Shown piece after piece: positions 17,429 to 27,171 of a stretch of DNA of 57,109 nucleotides (the first letter of the stretch is position 1; the number at the start of each line of letters is the position of its first letter). The position numbers were made by a program, and so were the translations under genes. Under the pieces are notes generated by a model that ran no database searches, was not told the DNA's origin, and saw only the letters and a program-made list of their open reading frames with translations. This DNA is from Acetatifactor sp. (GTDB lineage Bacteria > Bacillota > Clostridia > Lachnospirales > Lachnospiraceae). Where the stretch lies: assembly GCA_045593865.1 (NCBI GenBank), contig JAZNXM010000140.1, forward strand, positions 1 through 57,109. Reading direction: 5' to 3'.

Positions 17429-18361
17429 CTACAACAGCCGGCTTAGATTTTGTTCAAATAACACGCCCTCCTTTATAGGAATCTTCGCCTCTTCGCTGTC
17501 ACGGATACATGCAGAGATAAAGTCCGATGCCTGTTGTACGGAAAGGCTGAAGTCTTTGTTTTTCAATGCGTTTGCACTCAAAATTGCAGCAAACATATCA
17601 CCGGTACCTGGGCGAGAGGCTCCGGCGGAAGGTGCCAGCAGAGAAGAGCTATTGCCCTTATCCCAAAGGAAGTTGCGGAAAGCATTGTCCTCATGGATGC
17701 CCGTTATGACAATCTGCATTCTGTCTGAGGGATCAAGTTTCCGGCATAACGTTTGTAATTCGTTACCGGACCAGTACCCGGTGTGATAAGGAGTGTCCGT
17801 CAGCATACAGGCTTCCGTCAGGTTAGGGGTAAGCAGATGTGCCTTTTGCATGAGCTGCTTCATTTTATTTACCTGTTCAGGTGTAACGGTAGAGTAGGCT
17901 TTGCCATGGTCCCCCATTACCGGGTCAATGAGGATTTTAGCCCCGGGTTTTAATAAGCCCCTTGCCGGAGCAATAGACGGAGGTGTTAAACTCTCAGACA
18001 ATGTGCTTCTTGGCAATAGATTGTCGGTTCTGATATCATCAGTTGATGCATCGGCGGCTGATGTATTATCAAGCAACATATTTACAATATCCAGCTGCTG
18101 GGGATTGCTCACGTATCCTACATAAAGGCCATCAAATTGAAGCCCGATCGCCTCCCAGGCATCTGCGTATTCCCGCATATGCACCGTAAAATCCGCCTTA
18201 TAGCAAGGTGAGTATGCCAGATGACTGGACAAAACCGCTGTGGGAAGGGGACAAGCCTGTACCTGCATGATACTGATTATGGGAAGTGCCGCAGTAATGG
18301 AAATTCGGCCGAAGCCGGCAAAACTGTTGATTACGGCCAGTCGGGGTATTTTTTGTGTCAT
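17429..18361 (-). CDS. pdxK: Pyridoxal/pyridoxamine kinase with a ~30-aa insertion
   Basis: FAGFGRIS..AALP, LPTAVLSSH, IDPVMGDHG, LTPNLTEAC and PGTGDMF (ribokinase fold). Confidence 0.88.
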   Translation of the reverse strand: MTQKIPRLAVINSFAGFGRISITAALPIISIMQVQACPLPTAVLSSHLAYSPCYKADFTVHMREYADAWEAIGLQFDGLYVGYVSNPQQLDIVNMLLDNTSAADASTDDIRTDNLLPRSTLSESLTPPSIAPARGLLKPGAKILIDPVMGDHGKAYSTVTPEQVNKMKQLMQKAHLLTPNLTEACMLTDTPYHTGYWSGNELQTLCRKLDPSDRMQIVITGIHEDNAFRNFLWDKGNSSSLLAPSAGASRPGTGDMFAAILSANALKNKDFSLSVQQASDFISACIRDSEEAKIPIKEGVLFEQNLSRLL

Positions 18362-18397
18362 GATTTCGCGGTTCCTTTCGCTGTGACTAAGGTAGAT

Positions 18398-18976
18398 CTA
18401 CTTGCCAGCTTTGTCAGATACCTGATTCAGCATTTTGGAAATGGCCGGGCGGACAGCCATGCTCAGGGGTACTGCAACGATTACTGCAATAATGCCGTTT
18501 GCAAGAGAAACGATTCCTTTCTGAACAATATCGACCATGACTCCCTCGAAGGGAAGTTCCATAACAATAAAGTCCTCAACGAAGTTTTTGGACAGGTAAA
18601 GGATTACGTAGGTAATTGCTCCCACAGCTGCTGCGATTGCACTGTAAAGCATGGTTTTACCCTTATTCTTCCATTTAGAATATAAGATACCGCATACCCA
18701 TGCCATTAAGAATTTGAATGCAAAGGTAAATGGTGCAGAGGTAATATATGCAGGATTTGTCAGGTCAAAGAACATAGAACCGATACCGGCTGCAAGACCA
18801 CCCCATATAGGTCCCACCAGCAGACCGCTCAACAGGCACATAACATTGCCCATATGTATTCTGGTGTTGCCGATGGCTGTGGGAATGGGAATCTGCAAAA
18901 AGGCAGATGCCACGTAGACCATTGCTGCCATAAGCCCTATTAAGGTTATCTCCTGAATGGTGTTTTTTTTCTTCAT
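18398..18976 (-). CDS. ECF transporter S component, probably for vitamin B6
   Basis: IPIPT..GNTRIHMGN, GGLAAGIGS.FFDL and APFTFAFK motifs. It is co-transcribed with pdxK. Confidence 0.85.
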   Translation of the reverse strand: MKKKNTIQEITLIGLMAAMVYVASAFLQIPIPTAIGNTRIHMGNVMCLLSGLLVGPIWGGLAAGIGSMFFDLTNPAYITSAPFTFAFKFLMAWVCGILYSKWKNKGKTMLYSAIAAAVGAITYVILYLSKNFVEDFIVMELPFEGVMVDIVQKGIVSLANGIIAVIVAVPLSMAVRPAISKMLNQVSDKAGK

Positions 18977-19031
18977 GATTTTGTCCTCCTGTGTATAGTC
19001 ATATGATGTTCATAACAACAATATCACATGT

Positions 19032-19077
19032 ATGGCATGGTTAAAAGTGCCAGAATAAGTTTTTTTGAACATGCCAG
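19032..19077 (-). promoter_or_regulatory. Putative PdxR (MocR-family) operator
   Basis: On the minus strand CTGGCA-N18-CTGGCA-N10-TGCCAT: two direct repeats plus one inverted repeat upstream of the B6 salvage genes. Confidence 0.55.
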
Positions 19078-19255
19078 TTTGGACAAAATGGAAAATAGTA
19101 TGAAGCTTCACAAAAGTCCCAGACGAGGCTTTTGAAAGAGAATGGCATTTCGTATGAAGTGGCACCGAAAATCGTGCCGGATCTTGAAACGGAGGGGCTT
19201 GCTGAGATTTATCAGGATGCTATGCGAAAATCCTGATATAAAACATAGAAAATCC

Positions 19256-19284
19256 TTGACAAATCTGCTCCGCATAGCTATATT
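19256..19284 (+). promoter_or_regulatory. Sigma-A promoter of the valS leader
   Basis: TTGACA, 17 bp, TATATT. Confidence 0.7.
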
Positions 19285-19298
19285 TTATGTTATATGAT

Positions 19299-19660
19299 AA
19301 CTGCGATGAGGAAGAGGAGTACGGATTACCCCTTATTAGAGAGAGCTGCTATGGAAACATGCTGGGAGGCGGCTTAAAGGAAGGGATGCGGAAGGTAGCT
19401 TCTGAGCATGTAGATTGAACAATGTGAGAAGTTCTTCTAAGGTGCTAAAAGACACTGCCTAAGAGGAACTACGGTAACGAAGTTACCTTTCTCACATGGA
19501 GGAATGCAGGGGCATTCTTTCGGAGGAAGTAGATCTGCACGATTGATTCCCGTTACAGGATCAGACTTTAATGGAAGTCGTAGAGGCAGCGCAAGCTGTG
19601 AAAAAGGTGGTACCGCGTTAATGACGCCCTTTGTTGAGCAATCAGCAGAGGGCTTTTTTG
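19299..19660 (+). ncRNA. T-box riboswitch (Val) with an expanded stem II
   Basis: Stem I has GA motif/AGAGA/GCTGGGA and specifier GTA (Val) at 19395-19397. T-box AAGGTGGTACCGCG at 19604-19617. Terminator GCCCTTTGTTGA-GCAA-TCAGCAGAGGGC-T6. Confidence 0.9.
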
Positions 19661-19788
19661 CGCAAATAAGCAAAGTCAGGCGGCATGAAATCCGAGCCAT
19701 ATGCTTGCATATTTGGCTGGATTTCATGACATCTGACGCGCAATGCCAACGAGAAATGCTTTAGCATTTCGAGTCTGCTTATTTGTGC
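19660..19788 (+). repeat. Structured intergenic element (closing stem + long hairpin + short hairpin)
   Basis: GCGCAAATAAGCA/TGCTTATTTGTGC encloses CATGAAATCC..GCCA..TGGC..GGATTTCATG and GAAATGC-TTTA-GCATTTC. Confidence 0.65.
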
Positions 19789-19893
19789 ATGAAGTAGAAA
19801 ATTGCGAAACACCTTGGAATATTATGTTTCCTCGCAATTTTCTGAAAGAGTTTCGCAATTGCCTATGTGTATGAAGCAAGGAAAGGAGATAAT

Positions 19894-22572
19894 ATGAGCA
19901 AAGAATTAGCAAAAACCTATGACCCAAAGGGTATAGAAGACAGATTGTATCAGAAATGGCTGGAAAAGAAATATTTCCATGCGCAAGTAGATAGAACCAA
20001 GAAACCTTTTACTATCGTGATTCCCCCGCCAAACATTACCGGTCAGCTGCACATGGGTCATGCCCTGGACAATACCATGCAGGACATCCTGATCCGTTTC
20101 AAGAGAATGCAGGGATATAATGCTCTGTGGCAGCCCGGCACTGACCATGCAAGTATTGCAACCGAAGTAAAGATTATTGAAAAGTTAAAAGAAGAAGGTA
20201 TCGATAAGCAGGATCTGGGACGTGAAAAATTCCTGGAGAGAGCCTGGGAATGGAAGAGAGAGTACGGCGGACGTATTATTTCCCAGTTAAAGAAGCTTGG
20301 CTCTTCCTGTGACTGGGACAGAGAGCGTTTTACCATGGATGAGGGCTGTAACAGAGCCGTTACCGAGGTTTTCGTTAAGATGCATGAAAAAGGGTACATT
20401 TATAAAGGTTCCCGTATCATCAACTGGTGTCCTGTTTGTAACACTTCCATCTCCGATGCGGAAGTGGTTTACGAGGAGCAGGCCGGACATTTCTGGCACA
20501 TTAAGTACCCGGTAATGAATGATGACGGTACGCCAAGTGATACAGAATTTTTGACTTTTGCGACTACCAGACCGGAAACCATGCTGGGTGATACCGCTGT
20601 AGCAATTCATCCGGAAGATGAAAGATATCAGCACCTCATCGGCAAGAGTGTAATGCTCCCGCTGATGAACAGGGTCATTCCTATTGTTGCCGATACCTAT
20701 GTAGACAGAGAGTTCGGTACCGGTGTTGTTAAGATTACCCCGGCACACGATCCTAACGACTTTGAAGTCGGAAAGCGTCATGGTCTGCCTGTCATTAACG
20801 TAATGAATGACGATGCTACTATCAATAAGAACGGTGGCAAGTTTGCAGGCATGGCTCGTTATGAGGCAAGAAAAGCAATTGTTGAAGAGCTGGATGCTCT
20901 TGGGCTGCTTGTTAAGATTGAAGATCATTCTCACAACGTAGGTACTCACGACAGATGCAAGACCACTATCGAACCTATGGTAAAAGAGCAGTGGTTTGTC
21001 AAGATGGAAGAGCTGATCAAGCCCGCCGTAGAAGCAGTTAAGAGCGGCGATATCAAGCTGATTCCTGAGAGGATGGAAAAAACCTATTACAACTGGACCG
21101 ACAATATCCGTGACTGGTGTATCAGCCGTCAGTTATGGTGGGGACACAGAATTCCGGCTTATTACTGTGAAGAATGCGGTGAAGTTGTTGTTGCTAGGGA
21201 AGCGCCTGCGGTATGCCCTAAGTGTGGATGTGCACACCTGACACAGGATCCTGATACGTTGGATACCTGGTTCTCGTCAGCACTCTGGCCGTTTGAAACA
21301 TTGGGCTGGCCTGACAAGACTGAGGATCTGGATTACTTCTATCCTACAGACGTACTGGTAACCGGCTATGACATTATCTTCTTCTGGGTAATCCGTATGA
21401 TATTCTCCGGCTTTGAGCAGATGGGCAAAAAACCGTTCTCAACCGTATTGTTCCACGGTCTGGTTCGTGACAGTCAGGGACGCAAGATGTCCAAATCCCT
21501 GGGCAATGGTATCGATCCGCTGGAAATCATCGAGCAGTACGGTGCGGATGCACTTCGTCTGACTCTGATTACCGGCAATGCACCGGGTAACGATATGCGA
21601 TTCTACTATGAAAGAGTAGAAGCAAGCCGCAACTTTGCCAACAAGGTTTGGAATGCATCCAGATTTATTATGATGAATATGGAACAGGCACTTGAAAAGA
21701 CCGGCAAAGGGGTTTATACACCGGCGGACGTTGCACTTGAGCCTGTAGATAAATGGATTCTTTCTAAATTAAACACTCTTGTGAAAGATGTTACCGACAA
21801 TATGGAAAGCTTTGAACTGGGTATTGCGGTTTCCAAGGTTTACGATTTCATCTGGGATGAATTCTGTGACTGGTATATTGAAATGGTAAAGCCTCGTCTG
21901 TACAATTCCGACGACGCGGTAAGCCAGAACGCAGCACTCTGGACATTAAAGACAGTTCTGCTGGATGCGTTGAAGCTGCTACATCCTTATATGCCTTTCA
22001 TTACAGAGGAAATCTTCAGTACATTACAGTCAGAAGAAGAATCCATTATGATCAGTCAGTGGCCTGAATTCACTGCTGGCAGAAACTTTGAAAAAGAGGA
22101 AAAAGATATCGAAATCATCAAAGAAGCAGTTCGTGGCGTACGTAATATCCGTACGGAGATGAATGTAGCACCAAGCCGCAAAGCCATGTGCTATGTTGTA
22201 AGTGAAAGTGCAGATATCAGAAATACCTTCAAAGAAGGCAAGCTGTTCTTTGGTTCATTGGCTTATGCGAATGAAGTTGCAGTTCAGGCTGACAAGGCAG
22301 GCATTGCACAGGATGCAGTATCTGTTGTGATTCCGGGTGCTACCATCTACATCCCTTTTGCGGAATTGGTAGATATCGCGCAGGAAATCGAACGTTTGAA
22401 GAAAGAAGAGAAACGGCTGGAAGGCGAGTTGAAGCGTGTTAACGGCATGCTTGCCAACGAGAAGTTTATCTCCAAGGCGCCCGCTGCCAAGATTGAAGAA
22501 GAAAAGGCCAAGCTGGAGAAATATACACAGATGATGGAGCAGGTTAAGGAGCGTCTGGAGCAGCTGGCGTAG
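19894..22572 (+). CDS. valS: Valine--tRNA ligase
   Basis: [30 protein letters not shown] and C-terminal coiled coil. RBS AAGGAG precedes the ATG at 19894. Confidence 0.98.
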   Translation: MSKELAKTYDPKGIEDRLYQKWLEKKYFHAQVDRTKKPFTIVIPPPNITGQLHMGHALDNTMQDILIRFKRMQGYNALWQPGTDHASIATEVKIIEKLKEEGIDKQDLGREKFLERAWEWKREYGGRIISQLKKLGSSCDWDRERFTMDEGCNRAVTEVFVKMHEKGYIYKGSRIINWCPVCNTSISDAEVVYEEQAGHFWHIKYPVMNDDGTPSDTEFLTFATTRPETMLGDTAVAIHPEDERYQHLIGKSVMLPLMNRVIPIVADTYVDREFGTGVVKITPAHDPNDFEVGKRHGLPVINVMNDDATINKNGGKFAGMARYEARKAIVEELDALGLLVKIEDHSHNVGTHDRCKTTIEPMVKEQWFVKMEELIKPAVEAVKSGDIKLIPERMEKTYYNWTDNIRDWCISRQLWWGHRIPAYYCEECGEVVVAREAPAVCPKCGCAHLTQDPDTLDTWFSSALWPFETLGWPDKTEDLDYFYPTDVLVTGYDIIFFWVIRMIFSGFEQMGKKPFSTVLFHGLVRDSQGRKMSKSLGNGIDPLEIIEQYGADALRLTLITGNAPGNDMRFYYERVEASRNFANKVWNASRFIMMNMEQALEKTGKGVYTPADVALEPVDKWILSKLNTLVKDVTDNMESFELGIAVSKVYDFIWDEFCDWYIEMVKPRLYNSDDAVSQNAALWTLKTVLLDALKLLHPYMPFITEEIFSTLQSEEESIMISQWPEFTAGRNFEKEEKDIEIIKEAVRGVRNIRTEMNVAPSRKAMCYVVSESADIRNTFKEGKLFFGSLAYANEVAVQADKAGIAQDAVSVVIPGATIYIPFAELVDIAQEIERLKKEEKRLEGELKRVNGMLANEKFISKAPAAKIEEEKAKLEKYTQMMEQVKERLEQLA

Positions 22573-22611
22573 CGAATCTCTGCTATATGATACAATAAGG
22601 GAGAGGTTGAA

Positions 22612-23658
22612 GTGAAAAACTTAAAAATAAAAGTAGTGCTGTTATTATGCGCAGTTATAGTGAGTGGTGGTCTTGTTTCTTGTAGTTCAGTTGATACGTC
22701 AGGACAGACTAGCGAGAATGCGGAAGACAAAAGTGGTGTGATAACAGATTCTTTTGAGGTAACAGGAGCGGATCAGACCGTAGGAGAGAAAGCGTCAGAA
22801 GAAAATATCTCTCAGAGTATGGAAACTGCCGAACCGTCAGAAGAAAGCACAAATATGCCGGATAATCAAGTGATCTATAGGTTGGTAAAAGTGATTTTTT
22901 CTGAAGGATTTTATACCACTGAAACAACATATGGTGAAGCAGGTAACCGGATGAAAGAAACCATGTATTTGATTGATGGCAGTTTGCTAGTGACTACAGA
23001 ATGGGAATATGATCCGAATCTGAACCTAATGAGAGAAATTTCCACAAATGCGAAAGGGATTGTTACAAACGAAACCTTATGGGAATACGATAAAGTGGGT
23101 AATCAGGTAAAGGAGCTGGAATTGGACAGTGAGGGACAACCTACAAAAACAACCCTTTGGGAGTATGATGAAGCCGGTCGCCAGATAAAAGAAGTTGAAA
23201 AGGATAAGGACGATAAATCTATTGGCAGTGCCACGAATGAGTATGATGAAGCCGGTAATCTGATTAAAAAGACTTGTTATGACGAAGTGGATAAAATGAC
23301 CAGCTATTTCGTGTGGGAGTATGATGCGTCGGGTAACAGGATAAAAGAGACATATTATTATGAAGGCGGATCGGATGGTTATCAGGTTTGGGAATATGAC
23401 AAACAAGGTAATATGTTAAAATCGATCATCTATCACAAAGATGGGACTGCTTATGTTACAGAGATGAAATATGACGAATATGGTAATCGTGTGGAATTCT
23501 GGCAGGATTATGAAGGTGACGGCAAGATTGATTATAGTAACAGACATGAAATAACTTATGATGAAGCCGGTAATATGATTCACTCAATATGTTATGAGGG
23601 TGCTGATGTGCTTTATACGGAAACATATGAGTATGTACAGGTTAGGTCGGCGGAGTGA
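22612..23658 (+). CDS. Lipoprotein with ~9 YD/RHS-like repeats
   Basis: Signal peptide with lipobox LVSC, a Ser/Glu linker, and ~26-aa repeats W-E-Y-D-x-x-G-N-x-x-K-E. Confidence 0.75.
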   Translation: MKNLKIKVVLLLCAVIVSGGLVSCSSVDTSGQTSENAEDKSGVITDSFEVTGADQTVGEKASEENISQSMETAEPSEESTNMPDNQVIYRLVKVIFSEGFYTTETTYGEAGNRMKETMYLIDGSLLVTTEWEYDPNLNLMREISTNAKGIVTNETLWEYDKVGNQVKELELDSEGQPTKTTLWEYDEAGRQIKEVEKDKDDKSIGSATNEYDEAGNLIKKTCYDEVDKMTSYFVWEYDASGNRIKETYYYEGGSDGYQVWEYDKQGNMLKSIIYHKDGTAYVTEMKYDEYGNRVEFWQDYEGDGKIDYSNRHEITYDEAGNMIHSICYEGADVLYTETYEYVQVRSAE

Positions 23659-23818
23659 ATGTTAACTGGCATTTCTCAGACTTCCGGCACCGTGGCGACA
23701 GGAGTTCGTTTTGCAGACATCCGCAGACTCTTAGAACTTCCTGTCGCCACGGTGCAAAGCCGGGATACATGAGCCCTGCCGCCAGACTCGCAACAAGTTG
23801 CTCATTGTATAACACATT
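23658..23818 (+). repeat. Structured intergenic element with a perfect 17-bp inverted repeat
   Basis: GCACCGTGGCGACAGGA (23687-23703) pairs with TCCTGTCGCCACGGTGC (23739-23755). Short hairpin GCAAC-AA-GTTGC. Closing stem AATGTTA/TAACACATT. Confidence 0.7.
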
Positions 23819-23822
23819 GTAA

Positions 23823-25151
23823 TTGAAAGGTCTTGATTTCGTGATTAAAAGGAAAATTACCAGCTTTGAACAGGCAGTAGAATATATATACGATGTGCCC
23901 AGATTTACTAAGAAGAACACCCTGGAGGATACCCGGGAATTCTTGAAAGAGCTGGGCAGTCCTGACAGAGAACTGCAGATTATCCATGTAGCGGGAACCA
24001 ACGGAAAAGGTTCTGTTTGTGCCTACATGAGAAGCATTTTGGAGGAGTCAGGAAAAAAAGTTGCGCTTTTTACATCCCCCCATCTGGTGGATATCAGGGA
24101 GCGCTTTCTTATAAACAATGAAATGGTAAGTGAAGAAGCTTTTTTGAAAGCTTTTTTGGAAATATACGAGAGGCTGGACTGGGAAGCGTTAGAGTCCGGC
24201 GAGGGCTATCATCCCAGCTATTTTGAAATTCTGTTTTTTATGGCGATGCTGATGTTTCGGGAGGCAAAGCCGGATTATTGTATTCTGGAGACGGGATTGG
24301 GCGGCAGACTGGATGCTACCAATTCGGTGGAAAACAAGTTGATCAGCGTTATGACCAGAATCAGTCTGGATCATGTGGAGTATCTGGGCAATACAATTTC
24401 CGCAATTGCGGGTGAAAAGGCCGGTATCATGCAGGAAGGTGTACCGGTGGTATTTACGGATGCGCAAGCCGAATCCACAACTGTTTTTTGCGATAAAGCA
24501 AAAGAGTTGTCGGCAAAAGCGTTTCCGGTGTCGAAAAGTGACTATGCTTTCTTGAAATTTAAGAATAAAACCATTGATTTTTCTTACCGTTCTCGGTATG
24601 ATGAATATATTGAACTACGCTTACATACAATAGCCAGATACCAGATGGAAAACTGTGCACTGGCGGTAAGAGCGATTGAAGTATTGGACGAAAAGCGTGA
24701 GATTACCCGGGAGACCATTCAGGCAGGTGTGGAAAAATGCTTCTGGGCCGGCAGAATGGAAGAAGTGAAGCAGGGGATATTTGTAGACGGAGCCCACAAT
24801 GAAGATGGTGTCAGAGCATTTCTGGATACGGTTGCCCGGGATAGGGAAGCTGCAGAAAAGATACTTTTGTTCAGTGTGGTATCGGATAAAGATTATGAGA
24901 AGATGCTGCAGATGATTGTATCGTCCTCTCTTTTTGACAGAATTGTGCTGGCACATTTACAGAGCTACCGGTCAGCCAGCTTGAAAGACATGAGCAGAAT
25001 ACTGGCGAACTATCCGAAAGAGCGCCTAGAACAGTTTGATTCTGTGAAGGATGCTTTCAAGAGAGTGCTGGAAGTGCAAAAGGCAGAGGATCATGTGTAT
25101 ATCGCAGGTTCCCTGTATCTGGTTGGAGAGATAAAGGAGTACTTAGAATGA
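23823..25151 (+). CDS. folC: Folylpolyglutamate synthase / dihydrofolate synthase
   Basis: IHVAGTNGKGS, FTSPHL, ETGLGGRLDATN, DGAHN and GSLYLVG. The start may be GTG at 23841. Confidence 0.95.
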   Translation: MKGLDFVIKRKITSFEQAVEYIYDVPRFTKKNTLEDTREFLKELGSPDRELQIIHVAGTNGKGSVCAYMRSILEESGKKVALFTSPHLVDIRERFLINNEMVSEEAFLKAFLEIYERLDWEALESGEGYHPSYFEILFFMAMLMFREAKPDYCILETGLGGRLDATNSVENKLISVMTRISLDHVEYLGNTISAIAGEKAGIMQEGVPVVFTDAQAESTTVFCDKAKELSAKAFPVSKSDYAFLKFKNKTIDFSYRSRYDEYIELRLHTIARYQMENCALAVRAIEVLDEKREITRETIQAGVEKCFWAGRMEEVKQGIFVDGAHNEDGVRAFLDTVARDREAAEKILLFSVVSDKDYEKMLQMIVSSSLFDRIVLAHLQSYRSASLKDMSRILANYPKERLEQFDSVKDAFKRVLEVQKAEDHVYIAGSLYLVGEIKEYLE

Positions 25152-25300
25152 TGATCAATTTCGAAGAAGAATTAAAGAAATTTCATCCGAGCTTAGAGGT
25201 GGAAGATGTGGAGGATGCTATTTACAATCAGGATCTGACAGATATGGCAGATTTGCTTGTAAAGATGGTGAAAGAAGCGAAGGAAACGCAAGAGGAGTAA
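25148..25300 (+). CDS. Small acidic hypothetical protein (50 aa, MMINFEEELKKFHPSLEVEDVEDAIYNQDLTDMADLL...)
   Basis: ATGA overlap with the folC stop and an AAGGAG RBS. It fills the gap to the TPR gene and is missing from the ORF track. Confidence 0.75.
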   Translation: MMINFEEELKKFHPSLEVEDVEDAIYNQDLTDMADLLVKMVKEAKETQEE

Positions 25301-25324
25301 AGCGGTATCCGCAAGGAGGAAGTT

Positions 25325-26731
25325 ATGTTTTGTTATAATTGTGGTTGCCGTTTGTCAGAGCATGATTTTTGTACATCCTGTGGTGCGGATGTGGCGCGCT
25401 ACAAAAAAATCATGTCCATAGCAAATAGGTATTATAATGATGGTCTGGCAAAGGCGAAGGTCAGAGACCTGACAGGTGCCATTATCAGCTTGCGGCAAAG
25501 TTTAAAATTCAATAAGAATCATGTGGAAGCCAGAAACCTGCTGGGACTGGTTTATTTTGAGATGGGCGAAGTGGTGGCAGCGCTCAGTGAGTGGGTTATC
25601 AGCAAGAACCTGAAGCCGGAGAAAAATATTGCGGATGATTATATCAATGCGATACAGTCCAGCGCAGGCAGGCTGGATGCCATGAATCAGACCATTAAGA
25701 AATATAATCAGGCTCTTTATTACTGTCAGCAGGACAGTAAGGATCTGGCGATCATCCAGTTAAAGAAGGTGTTGTCCCTGAACACCAAATTTGTCAGGGC
25801 ACATCAGCTGCTGGCACTTTTGTATATTGACAGTGAACAGTGGGAAAAAGCACGCCGTGAGCTTGTAAAATGCATGGATATTGACCGGAACAATACCCAG
25901 ACTCTTTGCTATATGAAAGAAGTAGAAAAAATGCTGGCACCGGATGAGACAGGTCGTAGCGCCAGGAGAAAAGCTGATGATTCCGTGCGCTATCAGAGCG
26001 ATAATGAAATGATTATCCAGCCGCTGGGCCTCAACGAACCTAAGAGAAGCGGAGCAGGTACCTTGCTGAATATCGGCATTGGTCTTTTGATTGGGGCTGC
26101 TGTAGTTTACTTCCTGGTGGTGCCTGCTGTAAGAACAAATGTACAGAATGAATCTCAGCAGCAGATTGCAGCGATCGGCAACCAGATCGATGAAAAGAAT
26201 AATACCATTACATCTTTGGAGAATACGAATAAGGATCTGCAGGCAGAGAACGACAGATTGAATGCTCTGCTGCAGGAGTATGTAGGATCGAATGGTACTC
26301 TGGAGAGTATGGATAATCTGTTGGCAGCTGCTGCGATATATTTGGAGAAGCAGGATGTAGAGCAGACGGCGCAGAAGCTGGAAAAAATCAAAGATTCTGT
26401 GGTGCTGGAAGAAACTTCTGAGAGCTTCCAGAGCCTGTACAATGCTTTGAAGGCGGCTATCGGACCGCAAGCTGCCCAGAGCAGTTATAACACAGGATAT
26501 GCAGCATATCAGGCAGGTAACTACGCAGATGCAGCGTTAAGTCTGCAGAAAGCGGTGGATTATAATCCCGGGCTCAGTGATGCATGGTATTATCTGGGAC
26601 AGTCGTATCGTCTTACGAATGAAAAAGAAAAGGCGATTACCTGCTATGAGAAGTTCATACAAATGAGACCCACCACAGAAAGAGCCGGAAGCGCAAAGGC
26701 ATACATTGCAGAATTGTCGAAACAGCAATAG
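25325..26731 (+). CDS. Tetratricopeptide-repeat membrane protein with an N-terminal Zn ribbon
   Basis: CYNCG..CTSCG, TPRs, one TM (~aa 245-267), a coiled coil and C-terminal TPRs. Confidence 0.8.
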   Translation: MFCYNCGCRLSEHDFCTSCGADVARYKKIMSIANRYYNDGLAKAKVRDLTGAIISLRQSLKFNKNHVEARNLLGLVYFEMGEVVAALSEWVISKNLKPEKNIADDYINAIQSSAGRLDAMNQTIKKYNQALYYCQQDSKDLAIIQLKKVLSLNTKFVRAHQLLALLYIDSEQWEKARRELVKCMDIDRNNTQTLCYMKEVEKMLAPDETGRSARRKADDSVRYQSDNEMIIQPLGLNEPKRSGAGTLLNIGIGLLIGAAVVYFLVVPAVRTNVQNESQQQIAAIGNQIDEKNNTITSLENTNKDLQAENDRLNALLQEYVGSNGTLESMDNLLAAAAIYLEKQDVEQTAQKLEKIKDSVVLEETSESFQSLYNALKAAIGPQAAQSSYNTGYAAYQAGNYADAALSLQKAVDYNPGLSDAWYYLGQSYRLTNEKEKAITCYEKFIQMRPTTERAGSAKAYIAELSKQQ

Positions 26732-26749
26732 ACGATAAAAGTACGAAAG

Positions 26750-26787
26750 AGAAGGACGTATAGGACACTATACGTCCTTCTTGTTTT
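26750..26787 (+). terminator. Terminator-like hairpin upstream of spoIIAA
   Basis: AGAAGGACGTATAG-GACA-CTATACGTCCTTCT followed by TGTTTT. Confidence 0.7.
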
Positions 26788-26829
26788 CCTTAGAATTTGA
26801 AAGAAACAAAGAAGAGCGGAGGTTGTACA

Positions 26830-27135
26830 ATGGAGAATTTTCAGGTTATTGACAATTGTTTGATGGTAAAGCTGCCGGAGGAGATCGACCACTACAGGTC
26901 ATCTTACATATGCGAGCAAGCGGACTACTATATTATTAACAAAGGTGTGGATCATGTGGTGTTTGATTTTGAGGACACCAGGTTCATGGATTCTTCAGGG
27001 ATCGGAATTATCATGGGCAGGTATAAAAAAATCTCCTGCTTTGGCGGAAAGGTTTTTGTACTGCATCCCGATAAACAGATTAAAAGGGTGCTGCATCTGG
27101 CAGGAGTCAGCAAACTGATTGAGATAGTGGAATAG
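26830..27135 (+). CDS. spoIIAA: Anti-sigma F factor antagonist (STAS domain)
   Basis: EIDH and FMDSSGIG motifs. First gene of the spoIIA operon. Confidence 0.92.
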   Translation: MENFQVIDNCLMVKLPEEIDHYRSSYICEQADYYIINKGVDHVVFDFEDTRFMDSSGIGIIMGRYKKISCFGGKVFVLHPDKQIKRVLHLAGVSKLIEIVE

Positions 27136-27171
27136 AGTGTGAAAATTCATAATGATGAGAGGATAATAAAC

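Noticed and set aside
22612-23658. RHS polymorphic toxin
   Set aside because: It is too short and has no DPxG cleavage motif, toxin domain or immunity gene.
23658-23818. THF riboswitch upstream of folC
   Set aside because: I could not find the conserved THF aptamer motifs. The fold resembles the other palindromic elements instead.
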